A stretch of DNA of 64,000 nucleotides from an uncultured Burkholderiales bacterium (GTDB lineage Bacteria; Pseudomonadota; Gammaproteobacteria; Burkholderiales; Burkholderiaceae_C): contig CBFGPV010000006.1 of the NCBI GenBank assembly GCA_965650765.1, positions 1,245 to 65,244 of the forward strand, written 5' to 3'. The notes under the pieces were generated by a model. The model was not told the DNA's origin. It was given only the letters and a program-made list of their open reading frames with translations, and did not search any database. Both the position numbers and the translations under genes were made by a program. Shown in pieces: positions 49,056-58,802 of the stretch. How positions within the stretch are numbered: the stretch's first letter is position 1; the number at the start of each line of letters is the position of its first letter.

Positions 49056-50279
49056 TCAGTTCACCCAGGTGTTGAGCTGGATGATCGGCAGCAGCACCGC
49101 CAGCACGATCAGCATCACCACCACCCCCATCACCACGATCAGCAGCGGCTCGAGGATCGTGGCCATCTGCAGCGCGCGGCGCTGCACCTCCTGGCCGAGC
49201 TGGTTGGCGGCTCGCTGCAGCATCGACGGCAAGGTGCCGGTCTGCTCGCCCAGGCGGGAGAACATCGCCAGCAGGCCCGGGAAACGCTTCTTGCCGGCCA
49301 GGGCGGACGCCAGCGGTGCGCCTTCGCGCACCTGCACCAGCGCATCCATCGCATCGGCGCGCATGGCCTGGTTCGACAGGGTTTCCGCGGCGGCCTGCAA
49401 GGCCTTCAGGATGGGCACGCCGGCACCGGCCAGCATCGCCAGCGTGCCGGCAAAACGGGCCGCGTTGTAGCCGCGCGCCAGCCGCCCAACCAGCGGCACC
49501 GTCAGCCAGGCCGCATCGAAGCGCTCTCGGAAGGCGGCATTGCGCAGGCTGACGGCCAGCAGGCCGCCGCCGACCACCAGGCCCAGCGCCGCCAGCCAAC
49601 CCCAGTTGCGCACGAAGTCGCTGATCGCCAGCATCGCCACCGTCAGGAAGGGCAAGGTGCGCTTGCTGCCGGTGAACACCGAGGCCACCTGCGGCACCAC
49701 ATAGGTCACCAGAAAGATCACGATGACCACGGCCACCATCGAGACGATGGCCGGGTACAGCGCGGCGCCGATCAGCTTGGCCTTCAGCGCCTGCCGCTCC
49801 TCGAGGTCGTCGGCGAGCTTCTCCAGCACGATGCCCAGCCCGCCGCTTTGTTCACCGGCGGCGATCACCGCGCGGTAGATGTCGTCGAACTCCCTCGGCG
49901 CGGTACCCAGCGCCTTGGCGAACGAGGCCCCGGCGTTGACCTCGCTGCGCAGATGGGCCACCAGCTCACGCTGGCGTTCGTCGTCGGCCTCGTCGGCCAG
50001 GGCGGTCAGGGCCCGCTCCAGCGGCAGGCCCGAACTCACCAGCCCGGCGAGCTGGCGTGTCCAGATCGCCAGCGCCGTGGCACTGAACACCCGCCCGCGC
50101 ATCCGCAATGCCACGCCGCTGCCAGCCTCGGCACTGGCCGACCCGACCGCCTGCACCTCGATCGGCACGAGCTTTTGCGCCCGCAGCTGCGCCCGCGCCG
50201 CCTTGGCATTGTCGGCATCGATCAGGCCGCTGCTGCTGCGCCCCGTCGCATCCAGCGCCTCAAACCGGTAAGCAGGCAT
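49056..50279 (-). CDS. gspF: type II secretion system inner-membrane platform protein GspF
   Basis: 407 aa. Duplicated T2SSF domains. C-terminus EPLLIVVMGVVVMLIVLAVLLPI. Confidence 0.93.
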   Translation of the reverse strand: MPAYRFEALDATGRSSSGLIDADNAKAARAQLRAQKLVPIEVQAVGSASAEAGSGVALRMRGRVFSATALAIWTRQLAGLVSSGLPLERALTALADEADDERQRELVAHLRSEVNAGASFAKALGTAPREFDDIYRAVIAAGEQSGGLGIVLEKLADDLEERQALKAKLIGAALYPAIVSMVAVVIVIFLVTYVVPQVASVFTGSKRTLPFLTVAMLAISDFVRNWGWLAALGLVVGGGLLAVSLRNAAFRERFDAAWLTVPLVGRLARGYNAARFAGTLAMLAGAGVPILKALQAAAETLSNQAMRADAMDALVQVREGAPLASALAGKKRFPGLLAMFSRLGEQTGTLPSMLQRAANQLGQEVQRRALQMATILEPLLIVVMGVVVMLIVLAVLLPIIQLNTWVN

Positions 50280-50442
50280 CGACCGCGCCCCTCACACGAA
50301 CAAGCCGGAGCCAACGGCGACGCGGCCCCATTGCCCGCGCACCTCGATCCCCATCCAGCGACCACCGTGGATCCGGCTCCGCCGGTCCACCGGTGGTGCC
50401 CCCTCGCAGGGGGCGCGCGCAGCGCGTAGGGGGTGGTCCCCT
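50280..50442. repeat. GC-rich nested palindromes (REP-like) between gspE and gspF
   Basis: Palindromes ccccc-tcgca-ggggg (50399-50413) and ccaccggtgg (50387-50396). An imperfect 11-bp stem, accaccgtgga...tccaccggtggt (50361-50398), encloses ccgg-ctcc-gccgg. Confidence 0.6.
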
Positions 50443-51894
50443 TCAATCCCGCGTGACACGCAACACCTCCTCGAGTGACGTGATGCCGGCCTGGACCAGG
50501 CGTTCGCCGTCGTCGCGCATCGGCCGCATGCCGCCCTGTTCGGCCGCCACGAAGATCTGCGACTCGGCGGCACGGCTGTGGATCAGCGCGCGGATCTTGT
50601 CGTCGGCCGTCAGCAGTTCGTAGACGCCGGTGCGGCCCTTGTAGCCGGTGTTGCCGCATTCCTTGCAGCCCACCGGGTGGTATCGGACGGCCGCCGTGGG
50701 GCTGTCACCGCTGCCGGGCAGGGCCTCGGGGCGCTTGCAGTGAGGGCACAGCTTGCGCACCAGCCGCTGCGCCAGAACGCCCAGCAGGCTGGAGCTGAGC
50801 AGGAAGGGCTCGACGCCCATGTCGGTCAGGCGGGTGATCGCGCTGGGGGCATCGTTCGTATGCAGTGTGGCCAGCACCAGGTGACCGGTCAGCGAAGCCT
50901 GGATCGCGATCTGCGCGGTCTCGAAGTCGCGGATTTCACCGATCATGATGACGTCCGGGTCCTGGCGCAGGATCGCGCGCAGCGCCTTGGCGAAGGTCAG
51001 GTCGATCTTGGGGTTGACCTGGGTCTGACCGATGCCGGCCAGTTCGTACTCGACCGGGTCTTCGACCGTCAGCACATTGGTCGTGGCCGTGTCCAGGCGG
51101 CCCAGTGCCGCATACAGCGTGGTCGTCTTGCCCGAGCCGGTGGGCCCGGTGACCAGCACGATGCCGTGCGGCTGCTGCACCAGGCGATTGAAACGCTCCA
51201 GCGTGGCGCCCGACATGCCCAGGCTTTCCAGCGTGAAGCGTGTGTCGCCCTTGTCCAGCAGGCGCAGCACGGCGCGCTCGCCGTGGGCCGACGGCAGGGT
51301 CGACACCCGCACGTCCACCCCGCGTCCGCCGATGCGCAGCGAGATGCGGCCATCCTGCGGCAGGCGCTTTTCGGCGATGTCGAGCTCGGCCATGATCTTC
51401 AGGCGCGAGATCAGCGCGGCATGCAGTGCCTTGTTGGGCTGCACCACCTCGCGCAAGGTGCCGTCCACCCGGAAGCGCACCGACGAGCTGCGCTCATAGG
51501 GCTCGATGTGGATGTCCGAGGCACCGTCCTTCGCGGCCTGGGTCAGCAGCGCATTGAGCATGCGGATGATGGGCGCATCGTTGGCGGCCTCGAGCAGGTC
51601 CTCGACGGCCGGCAGGTCCTGCATCATGCGCGAGAGGTCCACCGCACTTTCGACCTCACCGACCACGGCCGCGGCGCTGGACTCGCCGCCCGCATAGGCC
51701 ACCGCAATGCGCTGGGCCAGCGTGTGGGAGGACTCGCGTTCGAAGGCGTCGACCTCGAACTGGCGCAGCACCTCGGACACCGCCTGGGGCGACACCCCCT
51801 CGTCAGCCCACAGCGTGAGTCGTTCGCCGTCGTCCTCGAGCAGCAGGGTATGCGCCTTGGCAAAGGCGTAGGGCAGGGGGTGGCGGGCTCCCAT
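50443..51894 (-). CDS. gspE: type II secretion system ATPase GspE
   Basis: 483 aa. Walker [12 protein letters not shown], Asp box, tetracysteine motif CPHC...CKEC. Confidence 0.95.
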   Translation of the reverse strand: MGARHPLPYAFAKAHTLLLEDDGERLTLWADEGVSPQAVSEVLRQFEVDAFERESSHTLAQRIAVAYAGGESSAAAVVGEVESAVDLSRMMQDLPAVEDLLEAANDAPIIRMLNALLTQAAKDGASDIHIEPYERSSSVRFRVDGTLREVVQPNKALHAALISRLKIMAELDIAEKRLPQDGRISLRIGGRGVDVRVSTLPSAHGERAVLRLLDKGDTRFTLESLGMSGATLERFNRLVQQPHGIVLVTGPTGSGKTTTLYAALGRLDTATTNVLTVEDPVEYELAGIGQTQVNPKIDLTFAKALRAILRQDPDVIMIGEIRDFETAQIAIQASLTGHLVLATLHTNDAPSAITRLTDMGVEPFLLSSSLLGVLAQRLVRKLCPHCKRPEALPGSGDSPTAAVRYHPVGCKECGNTGYKGRTGVYELLTADDKIRALIHSRAAESQIFVAAEQGGMRPMRDDGERLVQAGITSLEEVLRVTRD

Positions 51895-51915
51895 GGGGTG
51901 CGGGTCTCGTCGGGA

Positions 51916-54129
51916 TCAGTTGGGCGAGGCCGTCGACGCCGGCAGCGTGGCGGGCGGCGTGGCGCTGTCGGTGGCCTGGGGTGCGCGCATCGGCGGCAGC
52001 ACCGGCGCCTCGTTGATCGGCAGCAGTGTGCGCGGCTGGGGCTGATTGTCCTTCTGCTGGGCGCGGATCATGTCGTAGCGGTCGAGCGACACCTTGTTCG
52101 AGGCCTCCTGGTCGCGCATCACCACCGGCCGCAGGAAGACCATCAGGTTGGTCTTCACCCGGGTGCGGTTCTCGCTGCGGAACAGGCCGCCGACCACCGG
52201 CGCGTCGCCGAGCAGCGGCACCTTGTCGCGGTTGTTCTGGAACTGGTCCTGCATCAGGCCGCCGAGCACGATGATCTGGCCGTCGTCGACCACCACACTG
52301 GACTCGATCGAGCGCTTGTTGGTCACCAGGCCCGCGGTCGCGTCGGCCACGCCCTGCGACACGTTCTGGTTCACCACACTCGATACCTCCTGGTAGATCG
52401 CCAGGCGCACGGTGCCGTTCTCGCCGATCTGCGGCTTGACCCGCAGCGTGATGCCCACGTCCTTGCGCTCGATGGTCTGGAACGGGTTCACGCTGCCCGA
52501 GCCCGAACTGGTGTTGGTGAACTGGCCGGTCACGAAGGGCACGTTCTGGCCGATGGTGATCTTGGCCTCTTCGTTGTCGAGCGTGACGAGGTTGGGCGTC
52601 GACAGGATGTTGCCGTCGGCATTGGTCTCGAGGAAGCGCGCCAGCGCCCCCAGGGTGTACACACCGGCAAAGTTGCGCACCAGGCCGATGTTCAGGCCGG
52701 CCGAGGGCGCGGTGATGCTGGTCGTGCCGCCGGCGGCAGCCAGCGACAGGTTGATGATGTTGTTGGCACCGCTGCCAAAGTTGGTGCCGCCGATCAGGCC
52801 GGTCTTGTCGCCGTCCTTGCCGATCAGGCCCTGCCACTGGAAGCCCACGTCGGCCGCCTTGTTGGCATTGACCTCGACGATCATCGTCTCGACATACACC
52901 TGGGCACGCCGGGAGTCGAGCTGATCGATCACGGCGCGCAGTTGCCGGTACAGCGGCTCGGGTGCCGTGATGATCAGCGAATTGGTCGCCGGATCGGCCT
53001 GGATGAAGCCACCGGTGGACGGCTGCGCGGCACCACTGACCGGCGCGGTGGCCTGCGGCGAGCTGCCATTGCTTGCCGCACCATTGGTGCCCATCACGCC
53101 GGCCGTGGTGGCTGCGCCTGCGCCCAGCCCGCCGGGGCTGCTGGAGCCGCCGGCCGACGCACCGCCGCCAGACCGGCCATCACTGCTGAAGGCCGCACGC
53201 AGCACCTGGGCCAGCCGGGTGGCGTCAGCATTCTTGAGGTAGACGACGTGGATGTTGGTGCCGGCCACACCGCCGGCGCCAGGCACATCGAGCTTGGCCA
53301 CCAGCGACTTCACCATCGCCAGGCGGGTCGGGTTGGCCGCTCGCACCAGCAGGCTGTTGGTCCGCGCGTCGGCCATCACCGAGCCACTGCCTGCGGCAGC
53401 GGCCGGTGCGGCACCGGGCACGGCGGCCACCGCGGGCTGCTGGTCGGTCAGGCGCTGGATCATCACCGCCAGGTCGGCGGCCACGGCATGACGCACCGGG
53501 ATGACCTCGACGTCGGTGGCGTTGGGAATGTCCAGCGCCGCGATGATGCGCGACAGGCGTCGCAGGTTGTCGGCGTAGTCGGTGATCACCAGCGAGTTGT
53601 TGCCCGGGTTGACGTTGATCGTGTTGTTCGGGCTGATCAGCGGGCGCAGGATCGTGACCAGGTTGTTCGCGTTCTCGTGCTGCACCCGGAAGATCTGGGT
53701 GAGGATGGTGTCGCCACGGGTGGTGGTGGTTTCGGCCGAGACGGTGCCGGTCTGCAGCTTGGCATCGGCCTCGGGCACGATCTTGTAGAGGCCCTCGACC
53801 TGCACCACCGCAAACCCCAGCCCGCGCAAGGACGCGAGGAAGCTCAGGTAGGCGTCCGAGCGGCTGATCGGCTGCTCGCTGTACAGCGTCATCGTGCCCT
53901 TCACCCGCGGGTCGATCACGAACTGCCGTTTCAGGATCACGCCCATGGCCCGCGCCACACCGTCGATCTCCGCGTTGACGAAGTTCAGGGTCACCTGGTT
54001 GGCGGCGTCGCCCTGCGACCACACCGGCGCGGGTGCACTGGTGGCCAGGAGGAGGGCTCCGAGGGCCGTCACCAGGCCCGAGCGCAGGGCCCGGACCGGC
54101 TGTCGGTCGCGCAGTTTCTTCATGCTCAT
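51916..54129 (-). CDS. gspD: type II secretion system secretin GspD
   Basis: Start at MSMKKL, with an ATGA overlap to the gspN stop. N-domains and secretin core with VPLLGDAPVVGGLFR. Contains a Gly/Ser/Ala-rich insertion. Confidence 0.93.
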   Translation of the reverse strand: MSMKKLRDRQPVRALRSGLVTALGALLLATSAPAPVWSQGDAANQVTLNFVNAEIDGVARAMGVILKRQFVIDPRVKGTMTLYSEQPISRSDAYLSFLASLRGLGFAVVQVEGLYKIVPEADAKLQTGTVSAETTTTRGDTILTQIFRVQHENANNLVTILRPLISPNNTINVNPGNNSLVITDYADNLRRLSRIIAALDIPNATDVEVIPVRHAVAADLAVMIQRLTDQQPAVAAVPGAAPAAAAGSGSVMADARTNSLLVRAANPTRLAMVKSLVAKLDVPGAGGVAGTNIHVVYLKNADATRLAQVLRAAFSSDGRSGGGASAGGSSSPGGLGAGAATTAGVMGTNGAASNGSSPQATAPVSGAAQPSTGGFIQADPATNSLIITAPEPLYRQLRAVIDQLDSRRAQVYVETMIVEVNANKAADVGFQWQGLIGKDGDKTGLIGGTNFGSGANNIINLSLAAAGGTTSITAPSAGLNIGLVRNFAGVYTLGALARFLETNADGNILSTPNLVTLDNEEAKITIGQNVPFVTGQFTNTSSGSGSVNPFQTIERKDVGITLRVKPQIGENGTVRLAIYQEVSSVVNQNVSQGVADATAGLVTNKRSIESSVVVDDGQIIVLGGLMQDQFQNNRDKVPLLGDAPVVGGLFRSENRTRVKTNLMVFLRPVVMRDQEASNKVSLDRYDMIRAQQKDNQPQPRTLLPINEAPVLPPMRAPQATDSATPPATLPASTASPN

Positions 54130-55073
54130 CCGATCGAGATGATCGAGCGCGCGCCGTCGCGTCGCCCGATGATGTTCAGCAGGTTGTTCAAGGCCGCCTC
54201 GTTGCCCTCGCTCGCGCGGGCCTCGCCCCGGAAGCGTACGCCACCTGCCCCCCAAAGGCCATCGCCGCTGAGCTGCAGGGCGCCTTCGCGGGTGGACAGC
54301 ACGGTCTGGACCTGGCCGTCATCGTTGCTGAACAGCCGCAGCTGGTAGCTGCCGAGCTGCTCCAGCGTGGCCAGCGGCGACGAGGCATTGAGGATGTCGA
54401 TGTTGGCGCTGCCCTGCATCTGCCAGCGCCCGGCGGCCTGCTCGAGCACCAGCCCGGGAGAGCTCAGCCGCACCGAGCCGCCGAGCTGCAGGGTGTTCCA
54501 GGGGGTGCCCAGGCCGCCGAGCAGGCTGCTGGGCCACTGGGCAAGCCAGCCCGGCTGCGGCAGCAGCGTCACGCGCAGACGGCCCAGGCCGGGCTGCACC
54601 TGCATGCCGACCGAGCCGTTGAGGCAGCAGTCCTGCTGCAGGTTCACGCGCGCGCCGCTGAAGTTGGGCCGGATCGACCAGGACAGCTTGCCCGGCAGGG
54701 CGGCAGCGTCACGGCTGCCGGGGCCGCCGGTCAGCACGATCACCGCCTGGCCGCTCCAGACGGTGCCCTGGGCCTGCGCCAGGATCACCCGCTCGCCACT
54801 GGCGCGGGCCACCAGTGCGGCCAGCCAGCTCGCCGGGGCATACAGCACGGTGGCGACCAGGGCGCCGAACACGGCCCCACCCACCGCCCAGCGCCGCGCC
54901 GAGGCCTGACGTTGGCGGATCACCACCGAACGCGAGCCCTCGAAGCGCGACGCACCAAAACGCGAGCCACCGAACTGCGATGGACTGAACTGGGACGGCG
55001 CATGGCGGCTGGCCGCCGCGCCCGGGCGGGCGGTTCGCCACGACTCGGTCCGTCGCACCGGGAGCCACTTCAT
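54126..55073 (-). CDS. gspN: type II secretion system protein GspN
   Basis: Start at MKWLPV (ATGA overlap with the gspM stop). C-terminal pattern LGSYQL...LNNLLNIIGRR is typical of GspN. Confidence 0.82.
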   Translation of the reverse strand: MKWLPVRRTESWRTARPGAAASRHAPSQFSPSQFGGSRFGASRFEGSRSVVIRQRQASARRWAVGGAVFGALVATVLYAPASWLAALVARASGERVILAQAQGTVWSGQAVIVLTGGPGSRDAAALPGKLSWSIRPNFSGARVNLQQDCCLNGSVGMQVQPGLGRLRVTLLPQPGWLAQWPSSLLGGLGTPWNTLQLGGSVRLSSPGLVLEQAAGRWQMQGSANIDILNASSPLATLEQLGSYQLRLFSNDDGQVQTVLSTREGALQLSGDGLWGAGGVRFRGEARASEGNEAALNNLLNIIGRRDGARSIISIG

Positions 55074-55579
55074 GGTGCACCCCCGGGCAGTTGCAGCACG
55101 ACCGTGCCGCTGTAGGCGCCTGCGCCCAGGGTCAGCTGGGCTTCGACCGGGCGGGCGCGGGCGGCCGAGCGCATTTCGCTCAACCAGGCCCACAACGCAT
55201 CCCCCTTGATGCCTTGCAGCGTCACCGTGGCCCGGTCGCCGAGCACGTTCACGCGGGCGCCAGAACCCAGGCGCTCGACCCCGGCCTGCAGTGCCCGCCC
55301 GGCCTGGGCCGGCGTCACGCCTGGGGCGGCCTGCAGCGCCTGGGATTCGGCCGCCCAGCGCTGCATCTGCTGCAGCTGGGCCTCGATTTCGGCCAGGCGC
55401 GGCGGGGTGTCGCGCAGCGTGCGCAGCGCGGGCGCCATGCCGACCCACCAGACGAGCGCCAGCACGATCAGCACGCCGGCGGCAAGCACCAGCCGCCGCT
55501 CGCGGCCATCGAGACTGCGCCAGCGGTTCAGGGCCTGTGTGCGCAGGGCCTGCAGATTCATCGGTGCGGTGCCGTTCAT
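55070..55579 (-). CDS. gspM: type II secretion system protein GspM
   Basis: 169 aa, single TM LVLAAGVLIVLALVWWV. ATGA overlap with the gspL stop. Positioned between gspL and gspN. Confidence 0.8.
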   Translation of the reverse strand: MNGTAPMNLQALRTQALNRWRSLDGRERRLVLAAGVLIVLALVWWVGMAPALRTLRDTPPRLAEIEAQLQQMQRWAAESQALQAAPGVTPAQAGRALQAGVERLGSGARVNVLGDRATVTLQGIKGDALWAWLSEMRSAARARPVEAQLTLGAGAYSGTVVLQLPGGAP

Positions 55580-56832
55580 GAGGGCGCTCCCGGCCGGGCC
55601 CGGGTCACGGTGAGCTGCGTGCCTTCCTGGGTCACGCGCCAGCCGGCCGGCTCCAGGGTGTCGCGCAGGCGGTTGACGTCGTCGTCGGTCCAGGACGAGA
55701 CCGACACCATCAGCAGGCCGGGTTCGAAACGCAGTCCCTCGACCGGCCGGGTCTCGGGCCAGGCGCTGGCCACCGCCTGCAGCATGGGCTCAAGGTCGGT
55801 GTCCCCGGGTTTGCCTGCGCGGGTGCGCAGTTGTTCGGTCTCGCGCTGCATCTGCACCGGGGCGTCGAGCACGGCCCGCACCTGCGGGAAGGTCGACTGC
55901 AGCAGCTGCACCTGGGCGCGCTGCATCTCGTTCAGTGTGCGGCGCTGCTGCCAGGCCCAGGCGTTCAGCCCCACGAGGTGGGCGATGACGAGGAACACCA
56001 GGCCAAAACGCACCGGCCGCCACGCCGGGCTGCCGAATTCGCGCCACAGATGGCGCACGGCACGCACGCCGCGGGTGCGGCTGGCGAATTCGAACTGCCG
56101 CAGGTTCCAGGCCGACTGGCTGGCGATCAGCAGCGCCTCGGCCCGCGGCAGCACGTTCACCCGGTGGCCCAGCACCTGCTCGGCCATCGCCACGGCAGCC
56201 GGCTCGGCACTCCAGTCGACGTCCGGCAGTTCGGTCTGGAAAGGGGCCACCCACTGGCGCGCCAACGTGCCCTGCGGACGCAGCACCAGCACCCCGTCCG
56301 GGCGGCTGAGGACAACGCGCATGTCGCGCTCACCCTCGGCTTCCGGGTCGTGCTCGAAATGGCCGCGTGGCGGATCGCTGGGTTCGTACTGCGGCACCAC
56401 CCGCTCGATGCTCAGGCCGGCTGATTCCAGCGCGGCCAGCTGCAGTTGCAGCCAGGGGCGGTGCATCGCCGCCACCCACGTCGGCTGCCCGGCGGCAGCG
56501 TCCGGCCCGACGGCCAGGTGCACATCGGCCGGGTCTTCCAGCAGCGCCTCTTCCAGCAGGCCGGCCAGCGCCGCCTTCAGCTTGGCCGCCGGCGCCTTCG
56601 GCAGGGCCGGACGGTGCCAGGCCAGGTCAGCCCCATCGGCCACCGCGATGATCGAGTCCGCCCGCGGCATCAGCGCCGGCGCCGCCCGCCCCTGAGCGGC
56701 CACCACGGTGCCGTCCTTCGACAGCACGTAGTCGAACTCTGCCGGCGCCCGCAGGTTGGCCTCGGCGCCGCCATGCCCGGCACGCGGCCCCAGATGCGGC
56801 CGCGGGGCAAGGAGAACGACCAGTACAGTCAC
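55576..56832 (-). CDS. gspL: type II secretion system protein GspL
   Basis: 418 aa, GTG start. The N-terminus MTVLVVLLAPRP resembles betaproteobacterial GspL. Central TM RPVRFGLVFLVIAHLVGL. SD gagggg 5 nt upstream. Confidence 0.8.
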   Translation of the reverse strand: MTVLVVLLAPRPHLGPRAGHGGAEANLRAPAEFDYVLSKDGTVVAAQGRAAPALMPRADSIIAVADGADLAWHRPALPKAPAAKLKAALAGLLEEALLEDPADVHLAVGPDAAAGQPTWVAAMHRPWLQLQLAALESAGLSIERVVPQYEPSDPPRGHFEHDPEAEGERDMRVVLSRPDGVLVLRPQGTLARQWVAPFQTELPDVDWSAEPAAVAMAEQVLGHRVNVLPRAEALLIASQSAWNLRQFEFASRTRGVRAVRHLWREFGSPAWRPVRFGLVFLVIAHLVGLNAWAWQQRRTLNEMQRAQVQLLQSTFPQVRAVLDAPVQMQRETEQLRTRAGKPGDTDLEPMLQAVASAWPETRPVEGLRFEPGLLMVSVSSWTDDDVNRLRDTLEPAGWRVTQEGTQLTVTRARPGAPS

Positions 56833-56833
56833 T

Positions 56834-56951
56834 TGAGCCCCTCGGTCGATGAGTACATCGACCGATCCCCCAAGGGAATCGGGCCTTGCTTGGGGCGGCC
56901 CGGCGCGGCGACCCGGATGAGCCCCTCGGCTGACGAGTACATCGACCGATC
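56834..56951. repeat. direct duplication of a 34-bp module (56834-56867 and 56918-56951, 31/34 identical)
   Basis: Module is tgagcccctcgg[tcgat/ctgac]gagtacatcgaccgatc. Copy 1 contains a perfect 9-bp stem, cggtcgatg-agta-catcgaccg. Copy 2 has 3 stem mismatches. Confidence 0.85.
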
Positions 56952-57168
56952 AGAGTCGAACGCCGGGCCGCACTCGGCCCGACCTGCGGAGGCGGCCCGA
57001 GCCTTTGGACGTGAAACAACGGGGCTCATGCGGAGGGTGGCAGGTCGGTCGTTGGGGTCATTGCCAAAGCCAGATGACGATGATGTGACACCGGATTCGA
57101 CAAGGAGTGATAAGAATCAACGCATTATGCGCGGAACTTCATCTGTTCAGTGAGCTTGAAGCATCGCA

Positions 57169-58134
57169 TCAGGGGGTGTTGCCGGGCAGGGTCAGGCTGA
57201 CGCGCTCTCGCTGCAGCGCCACGATCTGCAGGCCGCGGCGTTCGACGAGCGAGCGTTCCTCGATGATGCGGTGGTCCAGGCGCAGGCGGCCCTGCACTTC
57301 GAAAAAGTCCGAGCCGATCTCCAGCAGGTTGCTGGGCGGGATGGTGCCGCCGGGCAGGTGGGCGGCCAGATCGTTGACAGTACGAAACGGCGTGCGCTGG
57401 CGGGCCTGGATGATGCGGTCGGCGCTGCCCAGGTCGATCTGCAGCACGGCGGCCAGCACCTCGCGCGAGGCGGTATTGATGTTCACCGGCGTGGCCCGGG
57501 GCAGGATCGTGAGGTAGGGCGCCAGCACCGCCGCCGACTTCTCGTCCACCCCCAGCCAGGTGAGCTGCCCCACGGTGGGCGGCATGATGGCCAGGTCCTC
57601 GACGCTGGTGGGCGCGCTTGCGGCCGCGCTGCGTTCCAGGCGCTGCAGGGCTTCGGCCAGCTGGGTCGAGACGCTGGCGTCGATGTTGAGGTTCTCGCAC
57701 AGACGCTTGAGCGCGGCCTGCGCCGGGCCGGCGGCCTGGCCGGGCTGGGTCAGGTTGGTCAGGTTGAAGCGCGCCTGGGCGTCACTGATGCGGCCGGACA
57801 GAAAGGCTTCGGGTCCGTCGTCGGTGTTGTCCTTGTCGGCGGCGAGAAAGGTCGACAGACGGGCTTCGGCCAGTGGCGTGGCCCAGGGCTCGGCCAGGTG
57901 ATCCGGGCCGCCGACACGACGGTCTTCGCGCAGGATCAGCCGCGCCCAGTCGAGCGCGCCCATCAGGATCCAGGTGCTCTGGGCGCGACTGCGCTCGGCG
58001 GCCTCGATCTCGACCGAACGCCACTGGCGCCACAGCATGCCCGAGGCCAGCGTGGCCACCAGCGTCACGATGATCATGGCGGTGAGCAGCGCCGCGCCGC
58101 GCTGAGGCCTCAGGGTCTGTCGTGCGGGCCTCAT
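57169..58134 (-). CDS. gspK: type II secretion system minor pseudopilin GspK
   Basis: 321 aa. N-terminus RGAALLTAMIIVTLVATLA. GspK-like SAM/HhH region. Confidence 0.88.
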   Translation of the reverse strand: MRPARQTLRPQRGAALLTAMIIVTLVATLASGMLWRQWRSVEIEAAERSRAQSTWILMGALDWARLILREDRRVGGPDHLAEPWATPLAEARLSTFLAADKDNTDDGPEAFLSGRISDAQARFNLTNLTQPGQAAGPAQAALKRLCENLNIDASVSTQLAEALQRLERSAAASAPTSVEDLAIMPPTVGQLTWLGVDEKSAAVLAPYLTILPRATPVNINTASREVLAAVLQIDLGSADRIIQARQRTPFRTVNDLAAHLPGGTIPPSNLLEIGSDFFEVQGRLRLDHRIIEERSLVERRGLQIVALQRERVSLTLPGNTP

Positions 58135-58136
58135 CG

Positions 58137-58802
58137 TCAGTCTCCCCTCACGCGCAGCACGGTGTCGCGTGTGTAGGTGCCGGAGAGCCCGCTGCCCGGC
58201 GCCACCACCAGCGTCAGGCGCACCCCCTGCGGCAGTTGCTGGCGTTGCGCGGCAATGGCATTGGGGTCGGTGTCACCGGTGGACTGCGGGTTGGTCCAGG
58301 CATTGTTGCGCCAGAAATACACCTGCCATTGCTCGGTGCCGGGCAGGGCGGCCAGGTCGCCCCGTTCATTGCCGAGCAGTTGCTGGGAGTTCAGCCAGAT
58401 TTCCTGCAGGTCGGCGGCCCGGGTGGCCACCGCCGGGCTGGCCCAGCGGTGCCACACGGTGCCGCGCAGCGTCCAGACCACCATCTGCACGCCGGCGTCG
58501 GTGCGCCGGGTCAGGCGCAGCGAGGCGCCGTCGAAATGCAGGGCCGGTACCACCTTGGTGTCGTGCAGCGCGGCGAGGTCGGCCTCCCATTGCGCCAGCA
58601 CGCTGTTGACACGCAACAGCGCGTCCAGGCGCGACTCGGCCACCTCCTTGGATCGCACGATGCCGTCGATGCCGCGCCAGGCCATGCCGGCCACGACGGC
58701 CAGGATGGCGATGGTCACCAGCACCTCGATCAGCGTGAAACCAACGGCCCGGCCGCTCCGTGGACGCGGTGGTCGGGTGAGTGCATGCAGCGGCCGCGTC
58801 AT
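58137..58802 (-). CDS. gspJ: type II secretion system minor pseudopilin GspJ
   Basis: Start at MTRPLH (one-nucleotide overlap with the gspI stop). Prepilin motif GFTLIEVLVTIAIL. Confidence 0.85.
   Translation of the reverse strand: MTRPLHALTRPPRPRSGRAVGFTLIEVLVTIAILAVVAGMAWRGIDGIVRSKEVAESRLDALLRVNSVLAQWEADLAALHDTKVVPALHFDGASLRLTRRTDAGVQMVVWTLRGTVWHRWASPAVATRAADLQEIWLNSQQLLGNERGDLAALPGTEQWQVYFWRNNAWTNPQSTGDTDPNAIAAQRQQLPQGVRLTLVVAPGSGLSGTYTRDTVLRVRGD

Noticed and set aside
50578-54348. 1256-aa plus-strand ORF across gspE and gspD
   Set aside because: It is antisense to genes with Walker and secretin signatures. Same GC3 artefact.
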